Below, piece after piece: positions 29,759 through 38,911 of a stretch of DNA of 56,833 bases. Position 1 is the stretch's first letter. The number at the start of each line of letters is the position of its first letter. The notes below the pieces were generated by a model. The model saw nothing but the letters and a program-made list of their open reading frames with translations. It had not been told where the DNA came from and made no database searches. This stretch comes from an uncultured Clostridia bacterium (GTDB taxonomy: Bacteria; Bacillota; Clostridia; TANB77; CAG-508): assembly GCA_934167365.1 (NCBI GenBank), contig CAKPKU010000002.1:1-56833 (forward strand). Direction: 5' to 3'. Position numbers and translations under genes: made by a program.

Positions 29759-31771
29759 ATGTATATTAAGAAACTAATAATAAACAATTATAAAAGCATA
29801 AAAAATGAAACATTTGAATTTAGCAAAGGAATTAATGTATTAGTCGGAAAAAACAATGCAGGAAAAAGCAATATAGTATCAGCTTTAAATGAAGTCTTGT
29901 CTGATAAAAATAATACTACAGGTTATGAAGACAAAATTTTTTATACAAATGATATTGATAAAATTAAACATGGATTTATGATTATTGCCGAAATAGAAGA
30001 ATTGGAAAACTTAGATTTTGAGTATTTAAATAATATCAAAAAAAGTGTAGGTTTAATAAAAATCAATGATTTTTTCAGTGAAGAGAATCAAGATTGGAAA
30101 AGCGAATGGGTAATTAAAGAAGATGATGAACTAAAAGAAAAATATGAAGAGGAATTAAGTGGAAAAAAAAGTATTTCATCAAATATATTATATTGGAAAA
30201 AGAAAGATGAGTTAATTAATCTGTTAAAAAACACAGAAAAAATATGGTTATACAAATATTATAACAAAGATACAGATACAAATTTATTAAATATTATAAT
30301 TAAAGAAAAAAAAATAACAAGTCTAGCACCAAATAATTATTATAGAATGGTATATGTTAATCAAAATGTTAAATCAACTCTAATTACAAGTTTGGTTGTA
30401 CCAGCCTTTAGATCACCAGAAACAACTTTAAAAATTAACAAATGGTCATGGTATGGAAAATTATTGCAAAAAAAATGGAACGAATGTTGTGATAATGATG
30501 ACATAAAAAATATTGATGATGCAGCACAAAAATTAAAATTAACTGTAGGAAAAGTATATAATGATTTAAAAGAACAAGTTAACATTCAATTATCACATGC
30601 TTTAAGCTTAATGAATATAAATGTTGATATAAACATGTTAGAAAACAAAAAGGAAGATTATTATAAAAATATAAGGCTATATATAAATGATGGTGTTGAA
30701 ACACCTTTAGAAAATAAAGGAAGTGGGTTGCAGAGCCTAATTATAATAGAATTATTTAAATTATATTGTAAAACATTTAATAAATCATCATTACTTATAT
30801 TAGAAGAACCTGAACTTTTTTTACATCCACATGCGAAAAGAATGTTATCAGGTATTTTAAAGGATTTTTTAGAGATTGATAGCGTGATAAAAAATCAAAT
30901 TATTGTAACAACACACGCTCAAGAGTTTGTGGAAGATGTTGATATAGAAAATATAAATGTTATAAAAAAGGGTGAAGAGGGAACCAAAAAAAGCAAGATA
31001 AATGTTAATCAATATGATTTAAAACAGCTACAAAAATTAAAAACAGAGCTAATATATAAAAATGCAGAAATGTTTTTTGCTGATAAAGTTATTTTGGTTG
31101 AGGGAGAAGAATATATATTAATTCCTAAAATTGTGGAACATTTATATGGAAAAAATATATTAAATAGTAGAGATATTTCAATTATAAAAGTTGGAGGAAA
31201 ATCATATTTTGACATATATAGAAAGGTATTAAATGATTTAAATATTGAAAATTATATTATTGCTGATTATGATATATTATATAGGGAATTATCACCATTA
31301 ATTGATGAAGAAGACAATAATAAATTGAATGAAATAAAAACTAAAATACCAGAAAAATTGAAATGTAGCGGAAAAGCCAAAAAGGCAATTGGTAGTTTAG
31401 ATTGGAAAAAATTAGTAGAAGTTGCAGAAAAGATTATATCAGAGAAAAAATATAATGATGATTTAGAATCAGTATGGTCAGATTTTAGACAAAGAATATA
31501 TGAAAAAGTAAAACTTAATGACTTGAATGAAGAATTAAAGAAAGAAATGGTAGCTTTTATAGAAGGATTGTATAAAAAATATATATTTGTTATGAAAAAA
31601 GGAGAGCTTGAAGATTATTATAGAAAAGAAAACTTTACAGATGATATAAATAATTTAAGCAAAGGACTAAAGCCATATAAAATTGTTGAGCTAGTTGCAT
31701 TAGGTGAAGATATTGATAAGTATATTTGTATAGATGAATATCAGGAAATATTGGATAAGATTTTGCATTAA
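29759..31771 (+). CDS. OLD-family ATP-dependent endonuclease (ABC-type ATPase + TOPRIM)
   Basis: 670 aa. ATPase motifs: Walker A GKNNAGKS, ABC signature-like GSGLQS, Walker B LLILEEPELFLHP and H-loop VTTHAQ. The C-terminal TOPRIM has VILVEGEEY, KVGGKSYF and IIADYD. Confidence 0.8.
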   Translation: MYIKKLIINNYKSIKNETFEFSKGINVLVGKNNAGKSNIVSALNEVLSDKNNTTGYEDKIFYTNDIDKIKHGFMIIAEIEELENLDFEYLNNIKKSVGLIKINDFFSEENQDWKSEWVIKEDDELKEKYEEELSGKKSISSNILYWKKKDELINLLKNTEKIWLYKYYNKDTDTNLLNIIIKEKKITSLAPNNYYRMVYVNQNVKSTLITSLVVPAFRSPETTLKINKWSWYGKLLQKKWNECCDNDDIKNIDDAAQKLKLTVGKVYNDLKEQVNIQLSHALSLMNINVDINMLENKKEDYYKNIRLYINDGVETPLENKGSGLQSLIIIELFKLYCKTFNKSSLLILEEPELFLHPHAKRMLSGILKDFLEIDSVIKNQIIVTTHAQEFVEDVDIENINVIKKGEEGTKKSKINVNQYDLKQLQKLKTELIYKNAEMFFADKVILVEGEEYILIPKIVEHLYGKNILNSRDISIIKVGGKSYFDIYRKVLNDLNIENYIIADYDILYRELSPLIDEEDNNKLNEIKTKIPEKLKCSGKAKKAIGSLDWKKLVEVAEKIISEKKYNDDLESVWSDFRQRIYEKVKLNDLNEELKKEMVAFIEGLYKKYIFVMKKGELEDYYRKENFTDDINNLSKGLKPYKIVELVALGEDIDKYICIDEYQEILDKILH

Positions 31772-31813
31772 AAGTTTTAAAATATTAACAAGAAGAGAGG
31801 TGTAATAATTATT

Positions 31814-33706
31814 ATGGAAATAGCATCAAAAGAAGAAATCTTAAAACAAATAATGAAATATACAAATAATGCAATGTCTAATTATGCATTTTTAATAGAT
31901 GGTGAATGGGGATGTGGAAAGACATATTTTATAAAAAAATATGTTATACCAAAAATAAATGTAAATGGAAAAAAAGCAATATATGTTTCATTATATGGAA
32001 TAGAAAATATAAAAAATTTAGAAGAAAAAATATATATGCAAATTTTAGAAGAAATTTTTCCAGAAAATAGAGTAATGAGTATTGTGAAAAAAGGAGGAAA
32101 TTTCTTTTGGAATTTAGCAGAAACTACAAAAGAAGTTATAGAAAATAAGTTAGAAATTAAATTACCAGAAATCACCAGAAGTAATGTCGTAAACATCTTA
32201 AGAAGTACAAAAATGTTAAACGATTGTGTTCTAATATTAGATGATTTAGAAAGATGTAATATTCAATTAAATATTATATTAGGTTATATAAATAACTATG
32301 TTGAAAATAGAGATTGCAAATGTATATTAGTAGCAAATCAAAAGGAAATGTCCAAGATGAGATTATATAACAATATTGAGCAAAAATTATTAGTGGCACT
32401 TAATAGTAAAGTAATAATAAGTGATGAAGAAGAAAACACTAAAAAAGATAATAGAAATATAACTATAAAAGAACTATTTGATAAATCAGAAGAAATTTTT
32501 AACGAAAGTAATGAATATAAACATATAAAAGAAAAAGTAATAGGTTGTACAATGTATTACAGAACTGATTATGATGATATAATATCAAATATAGTTGCAG
32601 ATATTAACTTGAGTGAAAGAACAAAAGTAATAATAAAAGAATGCAAAAATGATATTTTAAAGAAGATAGAAGAATATGAACATTTTAATGTCCGTACATT
32701 AAGGTCAATGATATTACAGTTTAATGAAATTGTAGAATGTATTAATATAAAAAATGAAGAATATTATCAAAATGCTATGAAAAAGATGTTGATAATATAT
32801 TTAGAAGAATGCATTATTTATAAAAAAGGAATTCGTATTCAAATAAAAAATAGTACATATAATGATTTTTTATTTGAATATGAACATAGTTTTTTTAAAT
32901 CCATGAGAAATTTTATAATGTATAATACTCTTGATAAAAAATTGTTAAATAAGGAATTTAACATATACATAAAGACTTTAATTGATAAAAATGATAATCC
33001 AAATGATCCTCTTAATGTTTTATATATGAGTTATATATTTTTGAAAGATGAAGATGTTGAGAAGAATTTAGAGTTATTGAAAAAAAAGTTAAGGGAAGAT
33101 AAATATTCTATGGAAGTTTATTCTAAAATTATTATGATATTAATTACACTAAAAAACATTGGATTTTCTGAAGATTATTTGACAGATGCTATAAAATCAA
33201 TGAAATATAATATATCTAATAGAGAAATCTGCGATAATGAATTTGATGATTTTGGATTCTATTTTAGAAATAGTGAAGACTGTATTGAATATAATAAAGT
33301 TGTAGAGCCAATTATACAGGAAATTGAAAAACAAAAACCATTGTATAAATTAAATTATTTAATACAAGGAAATGAGTGGGGAGAAAATTTATATGATTTT
33401 TGTTCAAAAGAAAAAGGGATGATAGCATCAAGAAAAAAATTTCTTGCGTTATTAGATATACAAAAAGTAATAGATATGTTGGAAAAATCTGAATCAAAAG
33501 ATATAATTTATTTTTATAAAGCATTAGAGGAGGTATATAGCTTTTCTAATTTAGAAGAGCTTTTTTCTAATGATTTAGAAAATTTTAATAAATTAATAGA
33601 TGGAGTCAAAGAAATTCACTCAAGAGATAGAATAAAAAATATGAATCTAAATGACTTATTAGAAAAATTAAAGAGCATTTCAATGAATTTAAATCATGGT
33701 AAATAA
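31814..33706 (+). CDS. KAP-family-like P-loop NTPase without transmembrane insert
   Basis: 630 aa. Walker A is FLIDGEWGCGKTYF. Walker B is LILDDLERC, matching the DDLDRC hallmark of KAP NTPases. ILVANQ looks like sensor-1. There is a long helical C-terminal region, and no hydrophobic helices lie between Walker A and B. Confidence 0.65.
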   Translation: MEIASKEEILKQIMKYTNNAMSNYAFLIDGEWGCGKTYFIKKYVIPKINVNGKKAIYVSLYGIENIKNLEEKIYMQILEEIFPENRVMSIVKKGGNFFWNLAETTKEVIENKLEIKLPEITRSNVVNILRSTKMLNDCVLILDDLERCNIQLNIILGYINNYVENRDCKCILVANQKEMSKMRLYNNIEQKLLVALNSKVIISDEEENTKKDNRNITIKELFDKSEEIFNESNEYKHIKEKVIGCTMYYRTDYDDIISNIVADINLSERTKVIIKECKNDILKKIEEYEHFNVRTLRSMILQFNEIVECINIKNEEYYQNAMKKMLIIYLEECIIYKKGIRIQIKNSTYNDFLFEYEHSFFKSMRNFIMYNTLDKKLLNKEFNIYIKTLIDKNDNPNDPLNVLYMSYIFLKDEDVEKNLELLKKKLREDKYSMEVYSKIIMILITLKNIGFSEDYLTDAIKSMKYNISNREICDNEFDDFGFYFRNSEDCIEYNKVVEPIIQEIEKQKPLYKLNYLIQGNEWGENLYDFCSKEKGMIASRKKFLALLDIQKVIDMLEKSESKDIIYFYKALEEVYSFSNLEELFSNDLENFNKLIDGVKEIHSRDRIKNMNLNDLLEKLKSISMNLNHGK

Positions 33707-33710
33707 AAAA

Positions 33711-33757
33711 TTAAAGATTGCGGCATGATTATTATTGCAATCTTTAACATTTTTTTG
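33711..33757 (+). terminator. Rho-independent terminator ending the OLD/KAP operon
   Basis: TTAAAGATTGC...GCAATCTTTAA followed by a T7 run. Confidence 0.8.
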
Positions 33758-33803
33758 TATATTAAATAAAGTAATAAAATTCATAACAAATAATGAGGCA
33801 GAA

Positions 33804-34102
33804 GATGTCATCAGTAACACAGCGAATAAACACTATAAAACAATCCAAAGGAGGTTACATACCACCAAAAAAATTTGCAATTTCGAAAAAAGTGATAATG
33901 GAGTTTTAAAAATCGTTTTAAATTTGAAGGTGGGTACATTGATGTTATTAGCAGTGGCGATGGAAACTTTCTAACAGAAGATACTTTATGGGATTTTTAG
34001 GTTTTATCAGGAAACATTACAAGTAAAAATACATTACAATTGCTAATTTATTATATAATGTGTTCAAAGCGTTTGGCTTTTTTGAAAAATGAGGAATATT
34101 AA
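33804..34102 (+). pseudogene. Degraded small PD-(D/E)xK-like gene (frameshift plus in-frame stop)
   Basis: MSSVTQRINTIKQSKGGYIPPKKF... stops after 34 codons. A second frame continues FEGGYIDVISSGDGNFLTEDTLWDF*VLSGNITSKNTLQLLIYYIMCSK..., with a TAG where a D-F-K motif would be expected. Confidence 0.5.
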
Positions 34103-34424
34103 AAAGCAAAAATAATTAATATAATAACTTATTTATGTTTGAATTAAAAACATATTGTAAGGATTTGTATAATCTAAAAGATGAATATAAAACTGAAACA
34201 ATAACTGGTGTAACAGATTATGATGAAAATTCTAAACTAAAAGATAATGATATAGCATGTATAAAAAAATGTTTTGGAAAAAAACTGGAAATAAAAAGTC
34301 TATGTTTTTTTGTTTTTACGACAAATTACGACAGATTTTGCAAAAAAGTTACTTTATAATATACTGGAATATTGAATTACCAATAAGTAATTTTGTATTT
34401 AATATTACTGGAGGAGAAGAAAAA

Positions 34425-34838
34425 ATGAGAGATTTGGATATTATTGAAAGAAATAGTGAAAATTGGTTAAGAATTAAAAATGTGAAATATGAATTAACTG
34501 GAATTAAATTAAAGGAAAATGAGTATATCAATATTGAATTTGTATTATCAGAAGTAATTGATGAAATGAAAAATATTAGAAAGAATGATAATGAAATAAA
34601 AAGTATAAGTACAACAGCATATTATGAAACATTAGAAGAATTGTTTGGTCAAAAGAAAAGCATTAGTGAAGTTTTTTTTATAGATGAAAAGAAGTATTCT
34701 ATAGAAAATAGTTGTGTAGATAAAGCTTTTATTTGTGATATTATGATAAATGGCAGAAAAATTATTGATACTGATTATTATAGTAAATTGAGTAAAAATA
34801 CTAGAGAGTGGATGGATAAAAATATATATGTGCAATGA
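34425..34838 (+). CDS. Hypothetical protein
   Basis: 137 aa starting at the ATG that follows a GGAGGAG RBS. The upstream part of the 193-aa track ORF covers a TATAAT box and tandem CGACA boxes and is probably not translated. Confidence 0.55.
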   Translation: MRDLDIIERNSENWLRIKNVKYELTGIKLKENEYINIEFVLSEVIDEMKNIRKNDNEIKSISTTAYYETLEELFGQKKSISEVFFIDEKKYSIENSCVDKAFICDIMINGRKIIDTDYYSKLSKNTREWMDKNIYVQ

Positions 34839-35186
34839 GTTAGAAATATAAAATAATATATAATTCCATATAAGAAATATTGTTTAATCAATTTAGTCAA
34901 AAGAAAGCGTATAAATAAAGGGCAGGAGGAAAGTGATAATTTAGTTTCAAGTTAGATGAGGGGGATTTGTTAAATATTTGGAAATGTTGAACTTCTTGAT
35001 GCCTGATGATATGGAATACTTAAAAGTAATTGATAAAGATGATGAATGTATTTATGATAAAGTAAGCAGATTAGTTCTAACAGATTTAGTATCATCAAAA
35101 TTTTTAGTAAATAATGAAAATGGTTATTTAGTACAGGAGTTTCATATAAGCAATGAGAAAAAAAGTTTATAGAGATAATAAGCTGC

Positions 35187-35210
35187 TAATGATAAAATAA
35201 GAATGTACAA
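35187..35210. repeat. 24-nt direct repeat, copy 1 (TAATGATAAAATAAGAATGTACAA)
   Basis: Identical to 37974-37997. This copy forms the left arm of an intact terminator hairpin (AAGAATGTACA-ATTT-TGTGCATTCTT). Confidence 0.9.
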
Positions 35211-35499
35211 TTTTGTGCATTCTTATTTTCGAGATTTTGTACATTTTTATATTGACATTAACAATTTTTTTAATAAATTAATTTATAATTTTTTTATTAA
35301 TGCTGATTTTTCATGTCTAATATTCAATTCTTTTCATTCAATAAATTTGATGAAATAGAATATTTGAATTTGTTAATTATTTAATGGAGTTGTATGATGA
35401 AATGTAGAAGGAATAAGTTAGAAGAGGATATAGTATAGAAAATTCTATAATATGACTTTATCAATGGAAGTATTAAAATAGAAAAAAAGGAGACTTGTT

Positions 35500-37008
35500 A
35501 TGAATTTAAAATTATTTAATGAACAAAATGAATATGAACAGTTGGTTAGAAGATTCAAAGCAAAAGAATCAATAGAATATTTAGGTAAATTGTCTTATTA
35601 TGCATATACAAATGGAGATAATGGAATTTCAAAATTTGAGGATATTCTAAAATAAGACCATTCGATAAGAATAATTGGAGATGGAGTGGGTCAATGGGAG
35701 CTAGTTGAGTTAGGTTTTGACATAATTAAATACAGTAATAATTATAGAGGAAAAAGTTTAAATGATAATTCATTAATTGAGTTACTTTCAAAAAAGAGAA
35801 AACTAAAGGATTTCATATTGAAAAGTAAGAAAAGTCAGATAACAGAAGATAATAAAGATTATTACTTTCAGTGTTTAGCAAATGAACAATTTGATTATCA
35901 AAATATAAGACCAATAGAAAAATTTAATAGATTATATTATTTAATATGCATAATATGTAAAGAAAAATTAGAAAAGAATCCAAATTATATTGATTTCACA
36001 AAGGAATTTAAAAAAATTACTGGATTTGAGTATAGTGAATTTTATGAAAGTATTATTATATTACTAGTAGGTAGTATAGAATTTAATGAAAGCAATCTAA
36101 ATGTGGTTATGGATGTGTTAACTAAATATGGTTTTTTTTCGAAAAAAAAAGAACAAATATATAAGGTTCTTGAATATTATTCGAATGATTATGAGTTTTA
36201 TAGAAATCAAACAGATTATATTATGTTAAAGTCATATCCAATAGTAAAAACTTCCAAAGAAAGAGGTTGTTATATTATAGCTAATATATATGCCTTTATG
36301 TATAGTTTTTCTGAAATATTATATTGGACAGTAAAAGACTATTATTACCAACGAAATAAGAAGGATAGAAGGTTTCCATCTTTTTTTGGAAAATGTTTTG
36401 AAGTTTATTTACAAAATATTCTTGATGAATATGAGATAAATTATGAAAAAATACAAGAAGATCATGAGGAAAAACCAGATTGGAAAATAGAAATTGGAAA
36501 TTATATTTTCATTGTTGAACAAAAATCGGCTATATTATTAAAATCTACTAAATATATTAATTATGAAGAGTCAGAAAAAGCATTAAAAACTTATATGAAG
36601 AGAAATATAGAAAAAGGTTTTAGTCAATTAAAAAATTATAATATTGATGGAAATGGTAAAACAATTATAAGAATATGTTTAACATATGACAATATGTATT
36701 TAGAAAAAAACTTAATTGATATAATTATAAAAAAAACTAAAGATAATGTATATTCTAATGGATTGTATTGGATTATTGATATCGGTGAATTTGAGAGATT
36801 CTTGTATTTAGGTGTAATTGATGTAAATAATTTTAATCTTATAGTTGAAAAAAAGATAAAAATAAAAGATGAATTATCGAATTATATAAATAAAATATGT
36901 AATGATTATTTATTAAATAAGCACAATTTTTTTGGAAAATTTAAAGAATCTATTTTAAGTCAAATGAAGAATCAAATTGATGAGGATGTCCAAAATATAA
37001 TAAAATAA
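35500..37008 (+). pseudogene. PD-(D/E)xK nuclease-like gene interrupted by one in-frame TAA
   Basis: A 51-codon ORF (good RBS AAAGGAG, ATG at 35500) ends at the TAA at 35653-35655. It is in the same frame as the 440-aa ORF 35686-37008. The C-terminal region has a PD...E-x-K-like motif (EKPDWKIEIGNYIFIVEQKS). Confidence 0.6.
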
Positions 37009-37422
37009 CCAATAATGAGGAAAGGGCATAGCTCTTTTCTCTGTTAACTATTATATGATATTTAAATTGAAAATACAATATAAAAAAATTACACCATCCA
37101 GATATGTTAAGTACAACTGTCCACGAAAATGAACAAAAAGATAAAAAATAAGATTACTGAAACATTAATATTCATATAAATATAAGTCATTCCTATTATA
37201 GCAATATCATAAATACACTTAACTCTATTAAACCAATACTACAACTATCGAGAAATGGTTAATTGATATTATTTTGTCAATGGTTTATAAAATCTATTAT
37301 TTTGTCAATTTTTGTCGAACTTTTATATGGTTTTTTTCATAAAAAAATATATATACACAGAATTCATCAAATAATATAATAAGAGAAATGATAAATTTAT
37401 TAAAAATTAAAGGAGGTGTCAT

Positions 37423-37878
37423 ATGAAAATCATAAATGCAGTAACAATATCTGAATTCTTTTTGTCAAAAAGGGGCTTAACTCCAAAGAAAATTCAAAAA
37501 CTAGTATATTATGTATGGTTTATTGCATTAAATAATCAAAGCTCTGATAATATCGAAAATACATTATTCGATGAGCAACCTGAAGCATGGATTCACGGTC
37601 CTGTATTTCCAAGTTTGTATAAACAATATAAAAGTAGTGGTTGGAATGAAGTATCACAAACAAAAGAGCAAAATCTAGAAAATGATGATTTAAAAAGCTT
37701 CTTAAATGATGTATGGAATACATTTGAAAAATATTCAGCTGATCAACTTGAATATATGACACATCAAGAATTACCTTGGATAAATGCACGTAATAATATT
37801 AGCAGCATAGAGCCTTCAAATAATATTATTACAAAAAAGGATATCTTTACGTATTATAATAGTTTAATAGATGCATAA
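37423..37878 (+). CDS. Panacea/DUF4065 (SocA/GepA-like) antitoxin-domain protein
   Basis: 151 aa with LTPKKIQKLVYYV...EAWIHGPVFPSLY, the signature of the Panacea domain. An AGGAGG RBS lies upstream. Confidence 0.75.
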   Translation: MKIINAVTISEFFLSKRGLTPKKIQKLVYYVWFIALNNQSSDNIENTLFDEQPEAWIHGPVFPSLYKQYKSSGWNEVSQTKEQNLENDDLKSFLNDVWNTFEKYSADQLEYMTHQELPWINARNNISSIEPSNNIITKKDIFTYYNSLIDA

Positions 37879-37987
37879 AAAAATTAAATTGCTAGTTCAA
37901 GATAATAACGGCAAAAAAACACTTATAAAAGCCAATAAAGAATTAGTTAATAATAGACAGCGTGAAATTGTGTTAATGATAAAATAA
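37871..37987 (+). pseudogene. 38-codon ORF translationally coupled to the Panacea gene (possible truncated toxin)
   Basis: The ATG overlaps the Panacea stop codon (ATGCATAA). The ORF ends inside the 24-nt repeat junction at 37974-37997. Confidence 0.3.
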
Positions 37988-37997
37988 GAATGTACAA
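37974..37997. repeat. 24-nt direct repeat, copy 2
   Basis: Identical to 35187-35210. The hairpin right arm is missing here, and the sequence runs directly into the radical-SAM remnant. Confidence 0.9.
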
Positions 37998-38445
37998 AAA
38001 ACAGAAAAAAATATTAGCAAATGAACCTGTAAATTACATGGAGTTACGATCTCCTTGTGGTGGTGCAATCGGACAGTTAGCATATTATTACGATGGTAAT
38101 ATTTATACTTGTGATGAAGGCAGAATGCTAGCTGAAATGGGTAATGACAGTTTTAAAGTTGGAAATGTTTATGAAAATACATATAACGATTTAGTAACAA
38201 GCGATTCAGCTAAAACAGTTTGTGTTTCTTCTTGTTTAGAGTGTTTAACAAAATGTCATAGCTGTGTATATATGCCATATTGCGGAACTTGTCCAGTAAT
38301 AAATCTGGCTCAAGAAAACAATATATTTTCTAGAGCTAATGAAAATTATAGATGTAAGATTTATAAAGGAATGATAAAGGAATTGTTTAGATATATTGAG
38401 ATGGGTGATGATGACGTTATTAGGATTTTTAACGGATGGTTATAA
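37990..38445 (+). pseudogene. 3' fragment of a radical SAM/SPASM-domain maturase gene
   Basis: The 151 aa cover only a Cys-rich SPASM-like C-terminus (SPCGGAIGQLAYYYDGNIYTCDEGR...CLECLTKCHSCVYMPYCGTCPV). The N-terminal CxxxCxxC radical-SAM core is absent. Confidence 0.6.
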
Positions 38446-38599
38446 CTTTGTAAAAAAATATAATATAAAAATTTGAAAATAACAATTATAATTATTTGTT
38501 AAGACACTATTATAAATGGGATATAAAATAAAGAATTAACACGAATAAAATTCTAAAATGCAAAAAAATATATAAAAAACAAAGTTTTTGCAACACTAC

Positions 38600-38737
38600 T
38601 GCAAAAACTTGACAAAGAATACAGAGCTTAGGTTATTGGATCATTATCCTAAATTTTTATTAACAATGGATATAGATACAGAAACATCTTACAATGGTAT
38701 AAGAAAAATTAATGTACTCGATTGGTTGTTGGATTGA
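38600..38737 (+). pseudogene. 3' fragment of an AAA ATPase (DUF4143-type) gene
   Basis: Reads ...ELRLLDHYPKFLLTMDIDTETSYNGIRKINVLDWLLD*, a typical C-terminal tail of that family. There is no upstream ATPase domain. Confidence 0.45.
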
Positions 38738-38911
38738 TTATATAATATGTAAAAGGTAAAAAATTCAATTCATAATTACATACAATGATGACGAAAAGTA
38801 AAAAAGTTCACTAAAGTGGACGAAAACTATAAGCAATTCTTATAGTAAATGCATTGAGAAAAACCACAGTAGATTTATGTTATTTCAGTTATTAAACAAT
38901 TTTGAATGTCG

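Noticed and set aside
29759-33706. Classifying the OLD/KAP pair as Gabija, PARIS or Septu
   Set aside because: Gabija requires a UvrD-like helicase partner, PARIS a separate DUF4435-type AriB (or a fused form) without a KAP partner, and Septu an HNH partner. None of these partners is present, and the second gene carries KAP-type Walker motifs instead.
33735-34359. Track ORFs 33735-33974 and 34135-34359, and the 34257 start of the 193-aa ORF
   Set aside because: 33735-33974 overlaps the two frames of a decayed gene and begins inside the KAP terminator (a TTG codon in its T-run). 34135-34359 and the 34257 extension run through the tandem-box/TATAAT promoter region of ORF 34425 and lack RBSs.
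34978-35172. 64-aa ORF (TTG start) upstream of the first 24-nt repeat
   Set aside because: It has no convincing RBS and no recognisable family, and it sits in a region full of remnants. It could be a fragment, so I do not call it a gene.
25741-36150. Homopolymeric A/T tracts (A8 in the Stealth gene near 25743; T8 then A9 near 36133-36151 in the nuclease-like gene) as phase-variation switches
   Set aside because: Runs of 8-9 A or T are expected at this base composition. All but the already-dead genes remain in frame, so the sequence gives no specific evidence for slipped-strand regulation.
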